From positions 97,368-161,367 of the forward strand of contig PFEF01000006.1 in the NCBI GenBank assembly GCA_002793915.1: a stretch of 64,000 bases of DNA, written 5' to 3'. The translations under genes were made by a program, and so were the position numbers. Shown here in pieces: positions 30,456 through 40,846 of this stretch (position 1 is the first letter of the stretch; every line of letters begins with the position of its first letter). Source of the DNA: Candidatus Ryanbacteria bacterium CG10_big_fil_rev_8_21_14_0_10_43_42. GTDB taxonomy: Bacteria; Patescibacteriota; Minisyncoccia; Ryanbacterales; 2-02-FULL-48-12. The notes below the pieces were generated by a model. That model had not been told where the DNA came from. It saw nothing but the letters and a program-made list of their open reading frames with translations, and did no database searches.

Positions 30456-32219
30456 ATGGATGACAGCGTAGCCTATTTTGCAAAAACAAATTTCCGCAAT
30501 AAAGAGCGGATGTTTGGTATACAAAAAAAAGACCGCCGCCAGCACATGTATGTTATCGGACAGACCGGTACGGGGAAATCGACGTTTCTTAAAAATATTG
30601 CGCTTCAAGATATACGATCGGGGCATGGTATTTGTATTGTTGATCCGCACGGAGAATTTGTGGAAGAAGTTCTCGAAATGATTCCATCGGAGCGCATTCG
30701 AGACGTTATTTATTTTAACCCGGCCGATAGTAATAATCCGGTAGGTTTTAATGTCCTCGAAGTGCCGGAACAGACAACGAATACGGATTACCGTACCATT
30801 GCCGCCTCGGGTCTTATGGGGATTTTTACCAAAATTTGGGCGAATGTCTGGTCATCGCGAATGGAATATATTCTCAATAACGCCGTACTTGCCCTTCTTG
30901 AAATGCCGGGCGCAACGCTTTTGGGTATTCAACGTATTCTTATCGATAAAGAATACCGCAAAGAAGTGCTCTCTCATGTGAAAAACGATCAAGTGCGCGC
31001 TTTTTGGACGCAGGAATACGATTTATGGGAGCCGCGATTTCGTAATGAAGCCATAGCGGCCATTCAAAACAAAGTGGGACAATTTTTATCTTCTCCCCTT
31101 ATTCGTAATATCGTAGGACAGCCAAAAACATCACTTAATCTGTATGATGCGATGAATCAAGAGAAGATTATTTTGGTAAATGTATCGAAGGGGCGTATCG
31201 GGGAAGATAATTCCCAGCTTTTGGGAGCTATGATTATTACCAAAATTCAGTTGGCAGCCATGGAGCGTGTACAAATTCCTGAAGATGATCGGAAGGATTT
31301 TTACTTATATGTTGATGAGTTTCAAAATTTTGCAACGGATTCATTTGCGTCCATTCTTTCCGAGGCGCGTAAATATCGTCTGAATATTATCATTGCTCAT
31401 CAATACATCGGACAACTCGTTACCGAAACAAGCACCAAAGTGCGGGACGCTGTTTTTGGAAACGTGGGCACAATGGTTACGTTTCGCGTGGGTGCTACGG
31501 ATGCGGAGTTTTTGGAAAAAGAATTTGCGCCGGAAGTAACCATTCAGGATTTAGTCGGTCTTCCTAATCATAATATTTTTCTAAAACTTATGATTAACAA
31601 TGTGCGGTGCGCGCCGTTTTCAGCAACAACTCTGCCGCCATTAGCTATTGATACCGAAGAGCGTACAGCGGAAAAAATAATAGAATATTCTCGAAAGACC
31701 TATGCACGTAATAAAGATGAGGTAGAAACGGAAATACGTGCACTAAGCAAGATAATTGATGCCATACCCCAGTCCAAGTCGCATAAGCCGATATCGCCTG
31801 TAAGGTCGGACCACGCACCTGCGCGTCCTGTTATCGTGCCTCGGCGAGAACCGCCCAAACAGCATGAGTCGTATTCTTCATCGCACGTAAAAAAGGAGAA
31901 GGAAGATGTTCCTGTTCCGCAACCAACAAAACCGGTAGAGCCCAAAAAAGTTCTTTCACTGGCATCTCTTCTTCCCAAAAAAGAAGAAAAGAATGACGCT
32001 ACTGATATAAGAAAAGAGTACACATCACGAAAGGAAGAAAAAAAGCCGGAACGGAAAAAGAGGCCGGCAGGTATGACAGATTTAAGAGAAGCTCTTCATC
32101 GCGCACTGCAAAAAAAGAATTCTCCTGTGCGGGAAAACACGCAAACATCTTCGTCAAAAGAAACAAAGCAAGAAGTGCGCGGAGAACGGCTTGAGCCCGG
32201 GCAAAGTGTAAAGCTGTAA
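30456..32219 (+). CDS. VirD4/TraG/HerA-like P-loop ATPase with disordered tail
   Basis: HMYVIGQTGTGKST, VDPHGE, LYVDEFQNF, SEARKYRL, AHQY, VFGNVGT. Confidence 0.9.
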   Translation: MDDSVAYFAKTNFRNKERMFGIQKKDRRQHMYVIGQTGTGKSTFLKNIALQDIRSGHGICIVDPHGEFVEEVLEMIPSERIRDVIYFNPADSNNPVGFNVLEVPEQTTNTDYRTIAASGLMGIFTKIWANVWSSRMEYILNNAVLALLEMPGATLLGIQRILIDKEYRKEVLSHVKNDQVRAFWTQEYDLWEPRFRNEAIAAIQNKVGQFLSSPLIRNIVGQPKTSLNLYDAMNQEKIILVNVSKGRIGEDNSQLLGAMIITKIQLAAMERVQIPEDDRKDFYLYVDEFQNFATDSFASILSEARKYRLNIIIAHQYIGQLVTETSTKVRDAVFGNVGTMVTFRVGATDAEFLEKEFAPEVTIQDLVGLPNHNIFLKLMINNVRCAPFSATTLPPLAIDTEERTAEKIIEYSRKTYARNKDEVETEIRALSKIIDAIPQSKSHKPISPVRSDHAPARPVIVPRREPPKQHESYSSSHVKKEKEDVPVPQPTKPVEPKKVLSLASLLPKKEEKNDATDIRKEYTSRKEEKKPERKKRPAGMTDLREALHRALQKKNSPVRENTQTSSSKETKQEVRGERLEPGQSVKL

Positions 32220-32235
32220 TACTCTTAGGTACGCG

Positions 32236-32799
32236 TTATGTAACCCGCTCAACGTACGCCCCCGTTTCTGTGTTAATGCGTACGATATCTCCGGGCTCAA
32301 TAAACATGGGAGTATTTATTACAGCCCCTGTTTCGAGAGTAACCTGTTTAACGCCTCCTTGTGCTGTATTTCCCTTTACGGCCGGTGGTGCTTCTTTTAC
32401 GGCAATATCCACTTTTATGGGAAGGACGATATCCAGGAGCTTATCGTTGATGTAGCGTGCGAGTATTTCGGATTGCGGCTTCAAGTATTTTATTTTGTCT
32501 CCCAACGCATCTATTGCTATAACAAAGCGCTCGCCGGGTTTACCGGAGGGGTAAAATGTGCAGGTATCTTTATTGCAAAATACAAAGATAGCGGATTTTT
32601 TCTCTATGGACAACTCCTTAAAGGTGTCCGATTGCTTGAATGTCTGGCTTGATACGGATCCCGTTTTAAGGTTGCGTATTTTTGTTTGTGCCACGGGACG
32701 GCGCTGTTGCATGCGCATAAAATTATACTCAACCACTTCGTAGGGTTCGCCGTTCCATTCGAAAAGAGTTCCTTTTTTTAGCTCGTTATAGTCCAGCAT
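32236..32799 (-). CDS. efp: Elongation factor P
   Basis: TKIRNLKTG, VKGNTAQGG.K...LETG, PMFIEPGD.VRINT..G.YVER. Confidence 0.95.
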   Translation of the reverse strand: MLDYNELKKGTLFEWNGEPYEVVEYNFMRMQQRRPVAQTKIRNLKTGSVSSQTFKQSDTFKELSIEKKSAIFVFCNKDTCTFYPSGKPGERFVIAIDALGDKIKYLKPQSEILARYINDKLLDIVLPIKVDIAVKEAPPAVKGNTAQGGVKQVTLETGAVINTPMFIEPGDIVRINTETGAYVERVT

Positions 32800-32915
32800 T
32801 ATGTTATGTGTAGTTTATAACAATATCTCAAAAATAACGGGATATATTACATGTTGCATACGGTGTATTTTGAGTGCAGGTTGATTTTACGCCATTTTTA
32901 GCTACAATTCAACCT

Positions 32916-34391
32916 ATGGCAGAATCAAGTACAAAAACGGAATATGAAGTCGTTGTTGGTATTGAGGTGCATGCGGAGTTAAATACGCGCACGAAGATGT
33001 TTTGTTCATCCCGGAATGATCCGCATGAGTCTCATCCCAATATGAATATTTGTCCGGTATGTATGGGGCATCCCGGGACATTGCCGGTTATTAACAGGGA
33101 AGCTGTAATGAAGGTTATTCGGGTTGGACTTGCTTTGAGAGGAGAAATTAATGCGTTTTCACAATTTGACCGTAAGAATTACTTTTATCCTGACTTGCCA
33201 AAAGGATATCAGATATCACAGTTTGAATATCCCATCGTAACGGGGGGCATGTTAGACGGTGTTCATATAACGCGTGTTCACTTGGAGGAAGATGCCGGAC
33301 GGCTTCAGCACATGCCGGACAACACGCTCGTGGACTATAACCGTGCCGGCGTGCCTCTTATGGAACTAGTAACGGAGCCGGATATTCGTTCCGCCGCGGA
33401 TGCAAAACATTTTGCAGAAGAGCTTCGCGCGCTTCTTCGATATGTCGGTGCGTCGGATGCCGATATGGAAAAGGGGCAAATGCGCATAGAAGCAAATATC
33501 AGTTTGCGTCCCAAAGGAGAAGAAGTATTCGGCACGAAGGTGGAAGTTAAAAATATTAATTCATTCCGTGCGGTAGAGAAAGCTATTGAATATGAAATGG
33601 ACCGACAGGCTGTATTATTGGATGCGGGAGAGAATATAACACAGGAAACGCGCGGATGGAATGACGTAAAGGGGATAACGGTATCTCAACGTAAGAAGGA
33701 AGGGTCGTCCGATTATCGCTACTTTCCGGAGCCGGACTTACCGCCTCTCCATCTTACCAAAGAGGAAGGATGGGACATTGAGGCTATTCGAAATACATTA
33801 CCGGAACTCCCCGCGGAAAAGCGAGAGCGTTTTTCAAAACAGTACCCTATAAATGAAAAACAGCGCGAAACACTTATCGCCGATAAAGCATATGCGGATT
33901 ATTTTGAGCAGGCGGCATCGGAACTTCGTGAATGGCTGAACGGCAAACAAGAATCGAAAGGTGAAGAAAGGGCTATTACGCTCTTGGCGAATTATCTTAC
34001 ATCGGACGTTCAGGCTCTGATGATTGAAAAAAGTGCACACATATCACAAATTCTCATAACACCGGAGAATCTTGCCGAGCTTGTAAAAATGATTTTCACC
34101 AATGAAATATCCTCACGAGTAGCAAAAGATGTGCTCATGCGCATGTTTGCCGATGGGTCCGATCCGTCCGTTATTGTACACGAAGAAGGGCTTGCGCAGG
34201 TGAGCGACGCGGGCGCTCTCGAGACGGTTGCAAAAGAAGTTGTAGAGGAGAACGTAAAGATGGCGGAAGATTATAAGAACGGGAAAGAACCTGCTTTGCA
34301 GGCGCTAGTCGGAAAAGTAATGGCAAAAACAAAGGGAGCCGCCAATCCGCAGGTGGTACGAGACGTATTGACGCAATTATTACAGGAGTAA
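32916..34391 (+). CDS. gatB: Asp/Glu-tRNA amidotransferase subunit B
   Basis: VGIEVHAEL, FDRKNYFYPDLPKGYQISQ, NRAGVPLMELVTEP, DYRYFPEPDL; start moved to 32916. Confidence 0.98.
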   Translation: MAESSTKTEYEVVVGIEVHAELNTRTKMFCSSRNDPHESHPNMNICPVCMGHPGTLPVINREAVMKVIRVGLALRGEINAFSQFDRKNYFYPDLPKGYQISQFEYPIVTGGMLDGVHITRVHLEEDAGRLQHMPDNTLVDYNRAGVPLMELVTEPDIRSAADAKHFAEELRALLRYVGASDADMEKGQMRIEANISLRPKGEEVFGTKVEVKNINSFRAVEKAIEYEMDRQAVLLDAGENITQETRGWNDVKGITVSQRKKEGSSDYRYFPEPDLPPLHLTKEEGWDIEAIRNTLPELPAEKRERFSKQYPINEKQRETLIADKAYADYFEQAASELREWLNGKQESKGEERAITLLANYLTSDVQALMIEKSAHISQILITPENLAELVKMIFTNEISSRVAKDVLMRMFADGSDPSVIVHEEGLAQVSDAGALETVAKEVVEENVKMAEDYKNGKEPALQALVGKVMAKTKGAANPQVVRDVLTQLLQE

Positions 34392-34570
34392 TATTATGCA
34401 TGCATGAGTCTTCGACGCCTCCTCATCATAAGAGGAAAGTAGGCGGAACGACCATTATAGCGGAGGCATGGTTATCGTAACCATGCCTCATTTACGTCTA
34501 GATTACTTATTGCATAAGTTTAAGCTCTGCTGGGTATGCTGGAAGGGGTGTTGCATGTATGTAACGCCTT

Positions 34571-35509
34571 TTAATATGCAAGAAATACCTGTATAAGATC
34601 TTCCGCTTCTTCTTGGCTGGAAATCCATCGAATATTTTTATCTCTCTTAAACCATGTCATTTGGCGTTTTGCGTATTGCCAGTTTTTTTGTATGAGAACA
34701 TGCTCCAGCTCTTGTAAGCTTCCGAAGACCTCATTCTCGGGAGCTTTTAAATACTCCAATGCATAAGAATATTCAAAGCCAAGTTCGCGGATGCGTTCTT
34801 TTGGTATGCCGTTTTTTATAAGACTCTGCACTTCATTAATGAGGCCGTTTTCCAGCATGTCATGCACCATATGAGTAATGCGTTTTTTTGTTTCTTCTTC
34901 GGTTCGTTTTATACCGAGCATAAGCGTGTTATATTGCGGATCCTTTTTTATGAGAGGGACCGATCCGAGTGCCGTTGTAATTTCTATCGCGCGTATAAGG
35001 CGCCGTGGATTATCAGGATCAATAGCGTCCGCACGCGCCGGATCGCATTTTTGCAGGAGTGCAAAAAGTTCTTTCGTTGTTTTTTCGGATAAGTCTTCAC
35101 GGAGTTTTTTATTGGGAGGTACTTTCGGCGGTACGATGCCGTATACAACGGCATCTATATAGAGTCCGGTACCGCCAACGAGGAAGGGTGTTTTGTCGCG
35201 CGAGAGAATGTCTTTTATTGCTTTGTCGGCACAGTTTTTAAATTCAGCGACTGTATATGTTTCTTTTGGATCTATAAAATCAATGCAATAATGGGGAATA
35301 TTCTTATAGGTGAATGTCGTTTTTTCCATTCCATCTCTTTTTTGCCATTGCCCGGAAATTTTATTCGTACCAATAGCAAGGTCTCTATACACTTGCCGGG
35401 AGTCAGCCGATATAATTTCACCGTCATATTTTTTAGCCAAAAAAACCGCCAACTCGGATTTTCCGGATGCGGTTGGTCCTACGATTGCAATAAGGGAGCG
35501 TGCCGGCAT
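34571..35509 (-). CDS. miaA: tRNA dimethylallyltransferase
   Basis: GPTASGKS, ISADSRQVY, VGGTGLY, NPRRLIRAIE, YAKRQMTWF. Confidence 0.97.
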   Translation of the reverse strand: MPARSLIAIVGPTASGKSELAVFLAKKYDGEIISADSRQVYRDLAIGTNKISGQWQKRDGMEKTTFTYKNIPHYCIDFIDPKETYTVAEFKNCADKAIKDILSRDKTPFLVGGTGLYIDAVVYGIVPPKVPPNKKLREDLSEKTTKELFALLQKCDPARADAIDPDNPRRLIRAIEITTALGSVPLIKKDPQYNTLMLGIKRTEEETKKRITHMVHDMLENGLINEVQSLIKNGIPKERIRELGFEYSYALEYLKAPENEVFGSLQELEHVLIQKNWQYAKRQMTWFKRDKNIRWISSQEEAEDLIQVFLAY

Positions 35510-35515
35510 TTTTAT

Positions 35516-37261
35516 CTACAAAATATGTTCAAATTTTTTAAGCAGTGCGTCAATTTTTTGTACGCCGCCGTCTTTATTGCCATGTTCGCGTACGCTCACC
35601 GTTTCGGCATCTTTTTCTTTTTCACCGATAATAAGAAGATAAGGAATCTTTTCTTTTTCGCCCTCGCGGATTTTTTTACCGATAGATTCATTGCGCGTAT
35701 CAAGTTCCACACGAATATTATGTTCTACAAGTTTTTGCATAACGGTATGGGCATAGTCATGTACTTTGTCGTTTATTGAAAGTACTTTTACCTGAACCGG
35801 CGCGAGCCAGAATGGAAATGCACCGGCGTAATGCTCAATTAAGAGTCCGAAAAAACGCTCGGGAGATCCGGTAATGGCGCTATGCACCATAACGGGGCGC
35901 CGTTTTTTGCCTTTTTCATCGATATATTCGAGATTAAAGCGTTCCGGCTGATTGAAATCTATTTGAATGGTGGAAATTTGCCATTCCCGTGCGAGTGCGT
36001 CTTTCACAATAAGATCCATTTTAGGGCCGTAAAAAGCCGCTTCGCCTTCTGCGGTAACAAAGTCTATGGCATTATTTTTAAGAAGTTTTTTGAGTGTTGC
36101 CTGTGATTTTTTCCATACGGCATCAGTGCCAAGATATCCTTCTTTATTTTTTTCATCACGAAGGGATAGGCGGATATAATAAGAAAGCCCGTAGCGCTTC
36201 ATGGCAGTATTAATGCTGGTAAGAACATTTTTAAATTCTTGTTCTACTTGATCTTCCCGTAGAAATGCGTGTCCGTCATCCTGGGAAAAGGATCGAAGGC
36301 GAGTAAGACCGGAAAGCTCTCCCGGTTTTTCATCCCGATAAAGAAGAGAGAAGTCGGCATAACGAACGGGCAGATCCTTATAGCTCCGTATTTCCGAAGC
36401 ATAAATTTGCGTATGCTGGGGACAATTCATGGGCTTTAGAAAATACGCTTCTTTTGAATAGTTTGATGATACATGAAACATATCATCCTTGAACTTTTCA
36501 TAATGTCCCGAATTCATGAAAAGTTTGTCTTTATTTATTTGGGGTGTTTGCACTTCTTCATACCCGATTTCGGTACGAAGCGCATGCGAGAAGTTTTTAA
36601 TGCGACGCAATATACCGGCGCCCTTGGGGGTGTAAAGAGGAAGACCGGGACCAACTATGTCCGAAAATACAAAAAGTCCAAGCTCGCGGCCGAGTTTTCT
36701 ATGATCGCGCCGTACGGCCTCTTCCAAAAGCATAAGGTGGTCTTCCAGTTCTTTTACTGTTGAAAATGCCACGCCGTATATGCGGGTAAGTTGGGGATTT
36801 TTTTCATCACCGCGCCAGTATGCCCCTGCGAGTTTCAAAAGCTTGAACGCATCGGGATTGATTTCCTTTGTGTTTTTAACATGTCCGCCCTTGCAAAGAT
36901 CCACAAAATTACCGGTTGTATATGCGGTTAAATCTTTTTTATCTTTCGTGAATTCTTTTATTAAATCAAGTTTAAACGGTTGGTTTTTAAAAAGAGAACG
37001 CGCTTTTTGGGGAGTAATTTTTTCGCTGGAGAACGGAAGATTTTCATTGATAATTTCTCGCATGCGTTTTTCAATGGCAGGAAGCTCATCTTCGCTTATT
37101 GGTTTGGAAAATTTAATATCGTAGTAAAAACCGGTATCAATAGCGGGTCCAATGCCCAGCTCCGCCTTGGGATACTTTTCCAAAACGGCGGTGGCCAAAA
37201 TATGCGCCAGTGAGTGGCGGATATGCTCTATATTGGTGTTCGATTTTTTGTTTTGAGTCAT
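35516..37261 (-). CDS. thrS: Threonine--tRNA ligase lacking the N-terminal TGS domain
   Basis: RHSLAH, DLCKGGH, RDHRKLG, LKPMNCPQH, GEAAFYGPK. Confidence 0.98.
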   Translation of the reverse strand: MTQNKKSNTNIEHIRHSLAHILATAVLEKYPKAELGIGPAIDTGFYYDIKFSKPISEDELPAIEKRMREIINENLPFSSEKITPQKARSLFKNQPFKLDLIKEFTKDKKDLTAYTTGNFVDLCKGGHVKNTKEINPDAFKLLKLAGAYWRGDEKNPQLTRIYGVAFSTVKELEDHLMLLEEAVRRDHRKLGRELGLFVFSDIVGPGLPLYTPKGAGILRRIKNFSHALRTEIGYEEVQTPQINKDKLFMNSGHYEKFKDDMFHVSSNYSKEAYFLKPMNCPQHTQIYASEIRSYKDLPVRYADFSLLYRDEKPGELSGLTRLRSFSQDDGHAFLREDQVEQEFKNVLTSINTAMKRYGLSYYIRLSLRDEKNKEGYLGTDAVWKKSQATLKKLLKNNAIDFVTAEGEAAFYGPKMDLIVKDALAREWQISTIQIDFNQPERFNLEYIDEKGKKRRPVMVHSAITGSPERFFGLLIEHYAGAFPFWLAPVQVKVLSINDKVHDYAHTVMQKLVEHNIRVELDTRNESIGKKIREGEKEKIPYLLIIGEKEKDAETVSVREHGNKDGGVQKIDALLKKFEHIL

Positions 37262-37317
37262 GGGTGGATTGTAGCAAAAATTGAGAGAAAGGGAATATCG
37301 GCATTTTTTATCCTTAG

Positions 37318-40300
37318 CTATACCATAACTATAATTTCGTCGCAGATAATGGAAGTTTCACCCTCCCGTTCGTTTGTTTTTCCTTTTATGGATATGCAAT
37401 TTTCTTCTTTTAAGTGTTCGCCATATTTTTTAAGCGCACTGGGGAATACGACAGCTTCGATGGTATCGGACAGATCCTCAATGCGAAGGAATGCCATGGT
37501 GTCTCCTTTTTTCGTGAGAATTTTTTTCATGTTTGAAATAAGCCCCGCCGTTGTAATGGCGGCACCGGAGCGGAATTGTTTTACGGTCGCTATGCTGGAA
37601 TTCGATCGCGGAATTTTTTCTTTGAATGGATCAAGCGGATGTCCGGATACATACAATCCCAAGAGTTCCTTTTCCCAGCGAAGGCGTTCGGTCATAGACG
37701 CGGCTTCTACGGACGGAAGGCGGAGAAGAGGTGCTGTTTGTTCGGCGGGAAGAAGGGTAAACAGGGAAGACTGATTTTGCATTTTTGCCCTGCCGGCTTC
37801 ACGTACATAATCCAAAATGGCATCCATATTAAGAAGTATGCGATTACGTTCCTCCAGATCATCAAACGTACCCGATTTTACGAGTGCCTCAAGGGATTTT
37901 TTATTGATGGTGCCCGCATTCATCCGGTTAAGAAAGTCTTCAAACGAAGTGAATACGCCGCCGGCTTTGCGTTCTTCTATAATGGCATCCGTAGTATTAC
38001 TGCCTAAATTTTTAATGGCGGCAAATCCGAAGCGTATTTCATGTTCGGATACGATGGTAAAATCTCTATTGCTGGCATTTATGCTCGGTGGGGATACTGT
38101 TATATTAATGTTTTTGCATTCGCCTACCAAAAAAGCCATACGCTCAACATTTTTAGCATCGGCATTCATAATGGCGGCCATAAATTCTGCCGGATAGTGT
38201 ACTTTAAGATATGCGGTTTGGTATGCAATAAGTGCATAACACGCCGCATGACTGCGGTTAAAACCATATCGGGCGAATGGCGGAAATAATTCCCATATGG
38301 CTTCGGCGGTTTCTTTCGGAATATCATTTTTCACCATGCCCGATATAAGTTTTTCTTGCTGTTCGGCAAGGAGATCCACAATTTTTTTACCGATTGCCTT
38401 TCGGAGCGTATCGGCTTCGGCAAGTGTGAAGCCGGCAAGGTCGCGCGCTATACGCATCATTTGTTCCTGATAGATACCAATGCCATAGGTACTGCGAAGT
38501 ATGGGTTCCAGTTTGGGGTGCAGATGGGTAATTTTTTCCTCTCCGTGTTTTCGCTTAATGTATGATGGAATAAGTTCCATCGGGCCGGGACGATATAAGG
38601 AAACCATGGCAATAAGATCTTCAAATTCACTCGGACGAAGTTCTTTTAAGTATCTGCGCATACCTGCCGATTCAAACTGAAAGAATCCCGTCGTTTCTCC
38701 GCTTTTAAAAGGTTCAAATACACGCTCATCATCCAGAGGGATATCGTCAATTACAAGGGTAACGCCATGGCGTTCTTTAATGCGCAAAAGAGCATCTTCA
38801 ATAATGCTTAAGTTGGCAAGACCGAGAAAATCCACTTTCAAAAGTCCCAAATCTTCCACGGCATGCATTTCGTACTGCGTAACAAGCGATTTTGCCGATT
38901 CTTCTCCGCCGCCGCTGGTGGCATACTGAAGCGGCATAACGTCCGTCAGGGAATCTTTGGTAATAACAACACCGCACGCATGCGTGGAGGCGTGCCGCAC
39001 AACGCCTTCCAGTTTTTTAGCGGCATCCAGAAGTTCTTTTGTTTGCGGATCTTTTTTGTATAATTCTTCCAATTCGGCAACTTCGGCGAGAGCTTTTTCA
39101 AGACCGTATCCAAACGGGATGAGTTTTGCAATGCGGTCACAGAATCCATATGGAAGCCCCATAGCGCGTCCGGTGTCCCGTATAGCGGCTCGTGCCGCCA
39201 TGGTGCCAAAGGTGATAATTTGCGCCACATGGTCGCGCCCGTATTTTCGGGAAACATATTCAATAACTTCATCACGGCGTGTATCGGCAAAATCCAGGTC
39301 AATATCGGGTGGACTGATGCGGTCCGGATTCATAAACCGCTCAAAGAGAAGATTATAATAAATAGGGTCAACGTTCGTGATGCCGAGAATATACGCCACT
39401 ATGGATCCGGCGGCGGAACCGCGTCCGGGACCCACTACAATACCTTGATCTTTCGCCCAATTTACGAAATCCTGCACCATCAGAAAATAGGTGGTAAATC
39501 CGGTTTTCTCAAATACGGAAAGCTCATAGTGCATGCGGTCATAAATTTCCTTTGCAGGTTCGGGGTATCGGTTTTTAATACGACTTTCACACATTTCTTT
39601 AAGATATTCGGCATCTGTTTTTCCATCGGGGATAGGGTAATGGGGAAGTTGTATGGTGCCGAGCTCAAGTTTGAGATTGCATTTTTCTGCAACACGCAGA
39701 GTATTTTCAACAGCCTCCGGTATATGAGGAAATAATTCCTTCATTTCTTCCGGTGCCCGCACGGAATAATCATCCGATTTCATAGACATACGATTTGGAT
39801 CACCCACGTGGGAGTTTGTTTGTATGGCGAGAAGCACGTCATGAGCGGCGGCATCTTCGGTATGGAGATAATGCGCATCCTGCGTTGCAACGAGGGGTAT
39901 GGCGTTTGCGCGCGCGAATACGATAAGATCATCCACTACTTTTGGGTAATTCGGTACATTGGGATGATTGCCGATTTCAATATAAAAATTATCCGCACCG
40001 AAAATACTTCTATATTCGTCGGCAAGCTCTTTAGCTCTTTCTTGATCGTTTATTAAAAGGGCTTGCGGAATCTCGCCCGACAAACATCCCGAAAGGGCGA
40101 TAAGGCCGTCGGCATGTTTCTTAAGAAGATTCTTGTCCATGCGGGGTTTGTAGTAATAGCCCTCCAGATTAGATGCCGTTACAAGTTTAAGAAGGTTTTT
40201 GTACCCGGTTTGATTTTTTGCCAACAAGATAAGATGAAAGCGCTTATCATCAATGCCGGCAATCTTACTCGTCATGTCGCCCGCCGTTATATATGCCTCC

Positions 40301-40494
40301 ACACCGATAATGGGTTTAATACCTGCCTTGGTTGCTTTCTGATAAAATTCAATGGCGCCGTACAAATTGCCATGATCCGTAAGGGCAAGTGCCGGCATGT
40401 TCTTTTCTTTTGCGTGTGCGACAAGTTCATCGATCTTAGAGAGACCGTCGAGGAGACTGTAGTGGGAGTGGGTATGCAGATGTACAAATGACAT
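37318..40494 (-). CDS. dnaE: DNA polymerase III alpha subunit
   Basis: PHP domain HLHTHSHYSLLDG, GRGSAAGS, PDIDLDF, YGFNRSH, C-terminal OB fold. Confidence 0.99.
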   Translation of the reverse strand: MSFVHLHTHSHYSLLDGLSKIDELVAHAKEKNMPALALTDHGNLYGAIEFYQKATKAGIKPIIGVEAYITAGDMTSKIAGIDDKRFHLILLAKNQTGYKNLLKLVTASNLEGYYYKPRMDKNLLKKHADGLIALSGCLSGEIPQALLINDQERAKELADEYRSIFGADNFYIEIGNHPNVPNYPKVVDDLIVFARANAIPLVATQDAHYLHTEDAAAHDVLLAIQTNSHVGDPNRMSMKSDDYSVRAPEEMKELFPHIPEAVENTLRVAEKCNLKLELGTIQLPHYPIPDGKTDAEYLKEMCESRIKNRYPEPAKEIYDRMHYELSVFEKTGFTTYFLMVQDFVNWAKDQGIVVGPGRGSAAGSIVAYILGITNVDPIYYNLLFERFMNPDRISPPDIDLDFADTRRDEVIEYVSRKYGRDHVAQIITFGTMAARAAIRDTGRAMGLPYGFCDRIAKLIPFGYGLEKALAEVAELEELYKKDPQTKELLDAAKKLEGVVRHASTHACGVVITKDSLTDVMPLQYATSGGGEESAKSLVTQYEMHAVEDLGLLKVDFLGLANLSIIEDALLRIKERHGVTLVIDDIPLDDERVFEPFKSGETTGFFQFESAGMRRYLKELRPSEFEDLIAMVSLYRPGPMELIPSYIKRKHGEEKITHLHPKLEPILRSTYGIGIYQEQMMRIARDLAGFTLAEADTLRKAIGKKIVDLLAEQQEKLISGMVKNDIPKETAEAIWELFPPFARYGFNRSHAACYALIAYQTAYLKVHYPAEFMAAIMNADAKNVERMAFLVGECKNINITVSPPSINASNRDFTIVSEHEIRFGFAAIKNLGSNTTDAIIEERKAGGVFTSFEDFLNRMNAGTINKKSLEALVKSGTFDDLEERNRILLNMDAILDYVREAGRAKMQNQSSLFTLLPAEQTAPLLRLPSVEAASMTERLRWEKELLGLYVSGHPLDPFKEKIPRSNSSIATVKQFRSGAAITTAGLISNMKKILTKKGDTMAFLRIEDLSDTIEAVVFPSALKKYGEHLKEENCISIKGKTNEREGETSIICDEIIVMV

Positions 40495-40502
40495 AATTTT
40501 TC

Positions 40503-40619
40503 GATTCCTATATTTGGCGCGCTACTGCGTTGCAAGCTCCAGGGGCTCGACACCGTATACCCGATACGGCTTTCTCGCCGCTTCGCTTGCGCCTTGTATC
40601 GCATCCAAATCTAGAAATC
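40503..40619. repeat. 117-nt imperfect palindromic element (REP/MITE-like) just upstream of dnaE
   Basis: Nested arms GATTCCTATATTTGG/CCAAATCTAGAAATC, GCAAGC/GCTTGC and CCGTAT/ATACGG. Confidence 0.65.
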
Positions 40620-40846
40620 TCTTAGTTTAGTTAAGGTCTCTGATTATTTTACCTTCGCGCCCTTGTCTATCCGGTAGGTAGGTTGAGTTTCATCCAAACA
40701 TGCGAATCCTTACAATAATGAAAATAAGATTACTCGAATATATTTATTGTAAGTTAAATTTGAAAGAATTTCATCTTTCTATTATAAACAATCGTATACG
40801 GTAATTTTTATTGACTATGGTATCTATGGGCGTATAGTATAGGCAT

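Noticed and set aside
34430-34460. GAGGAAAGT as an RNase P RNA signature
   Set aside because: Not followed by CC, no matching 3' P4 strand, and the spacer is too short.
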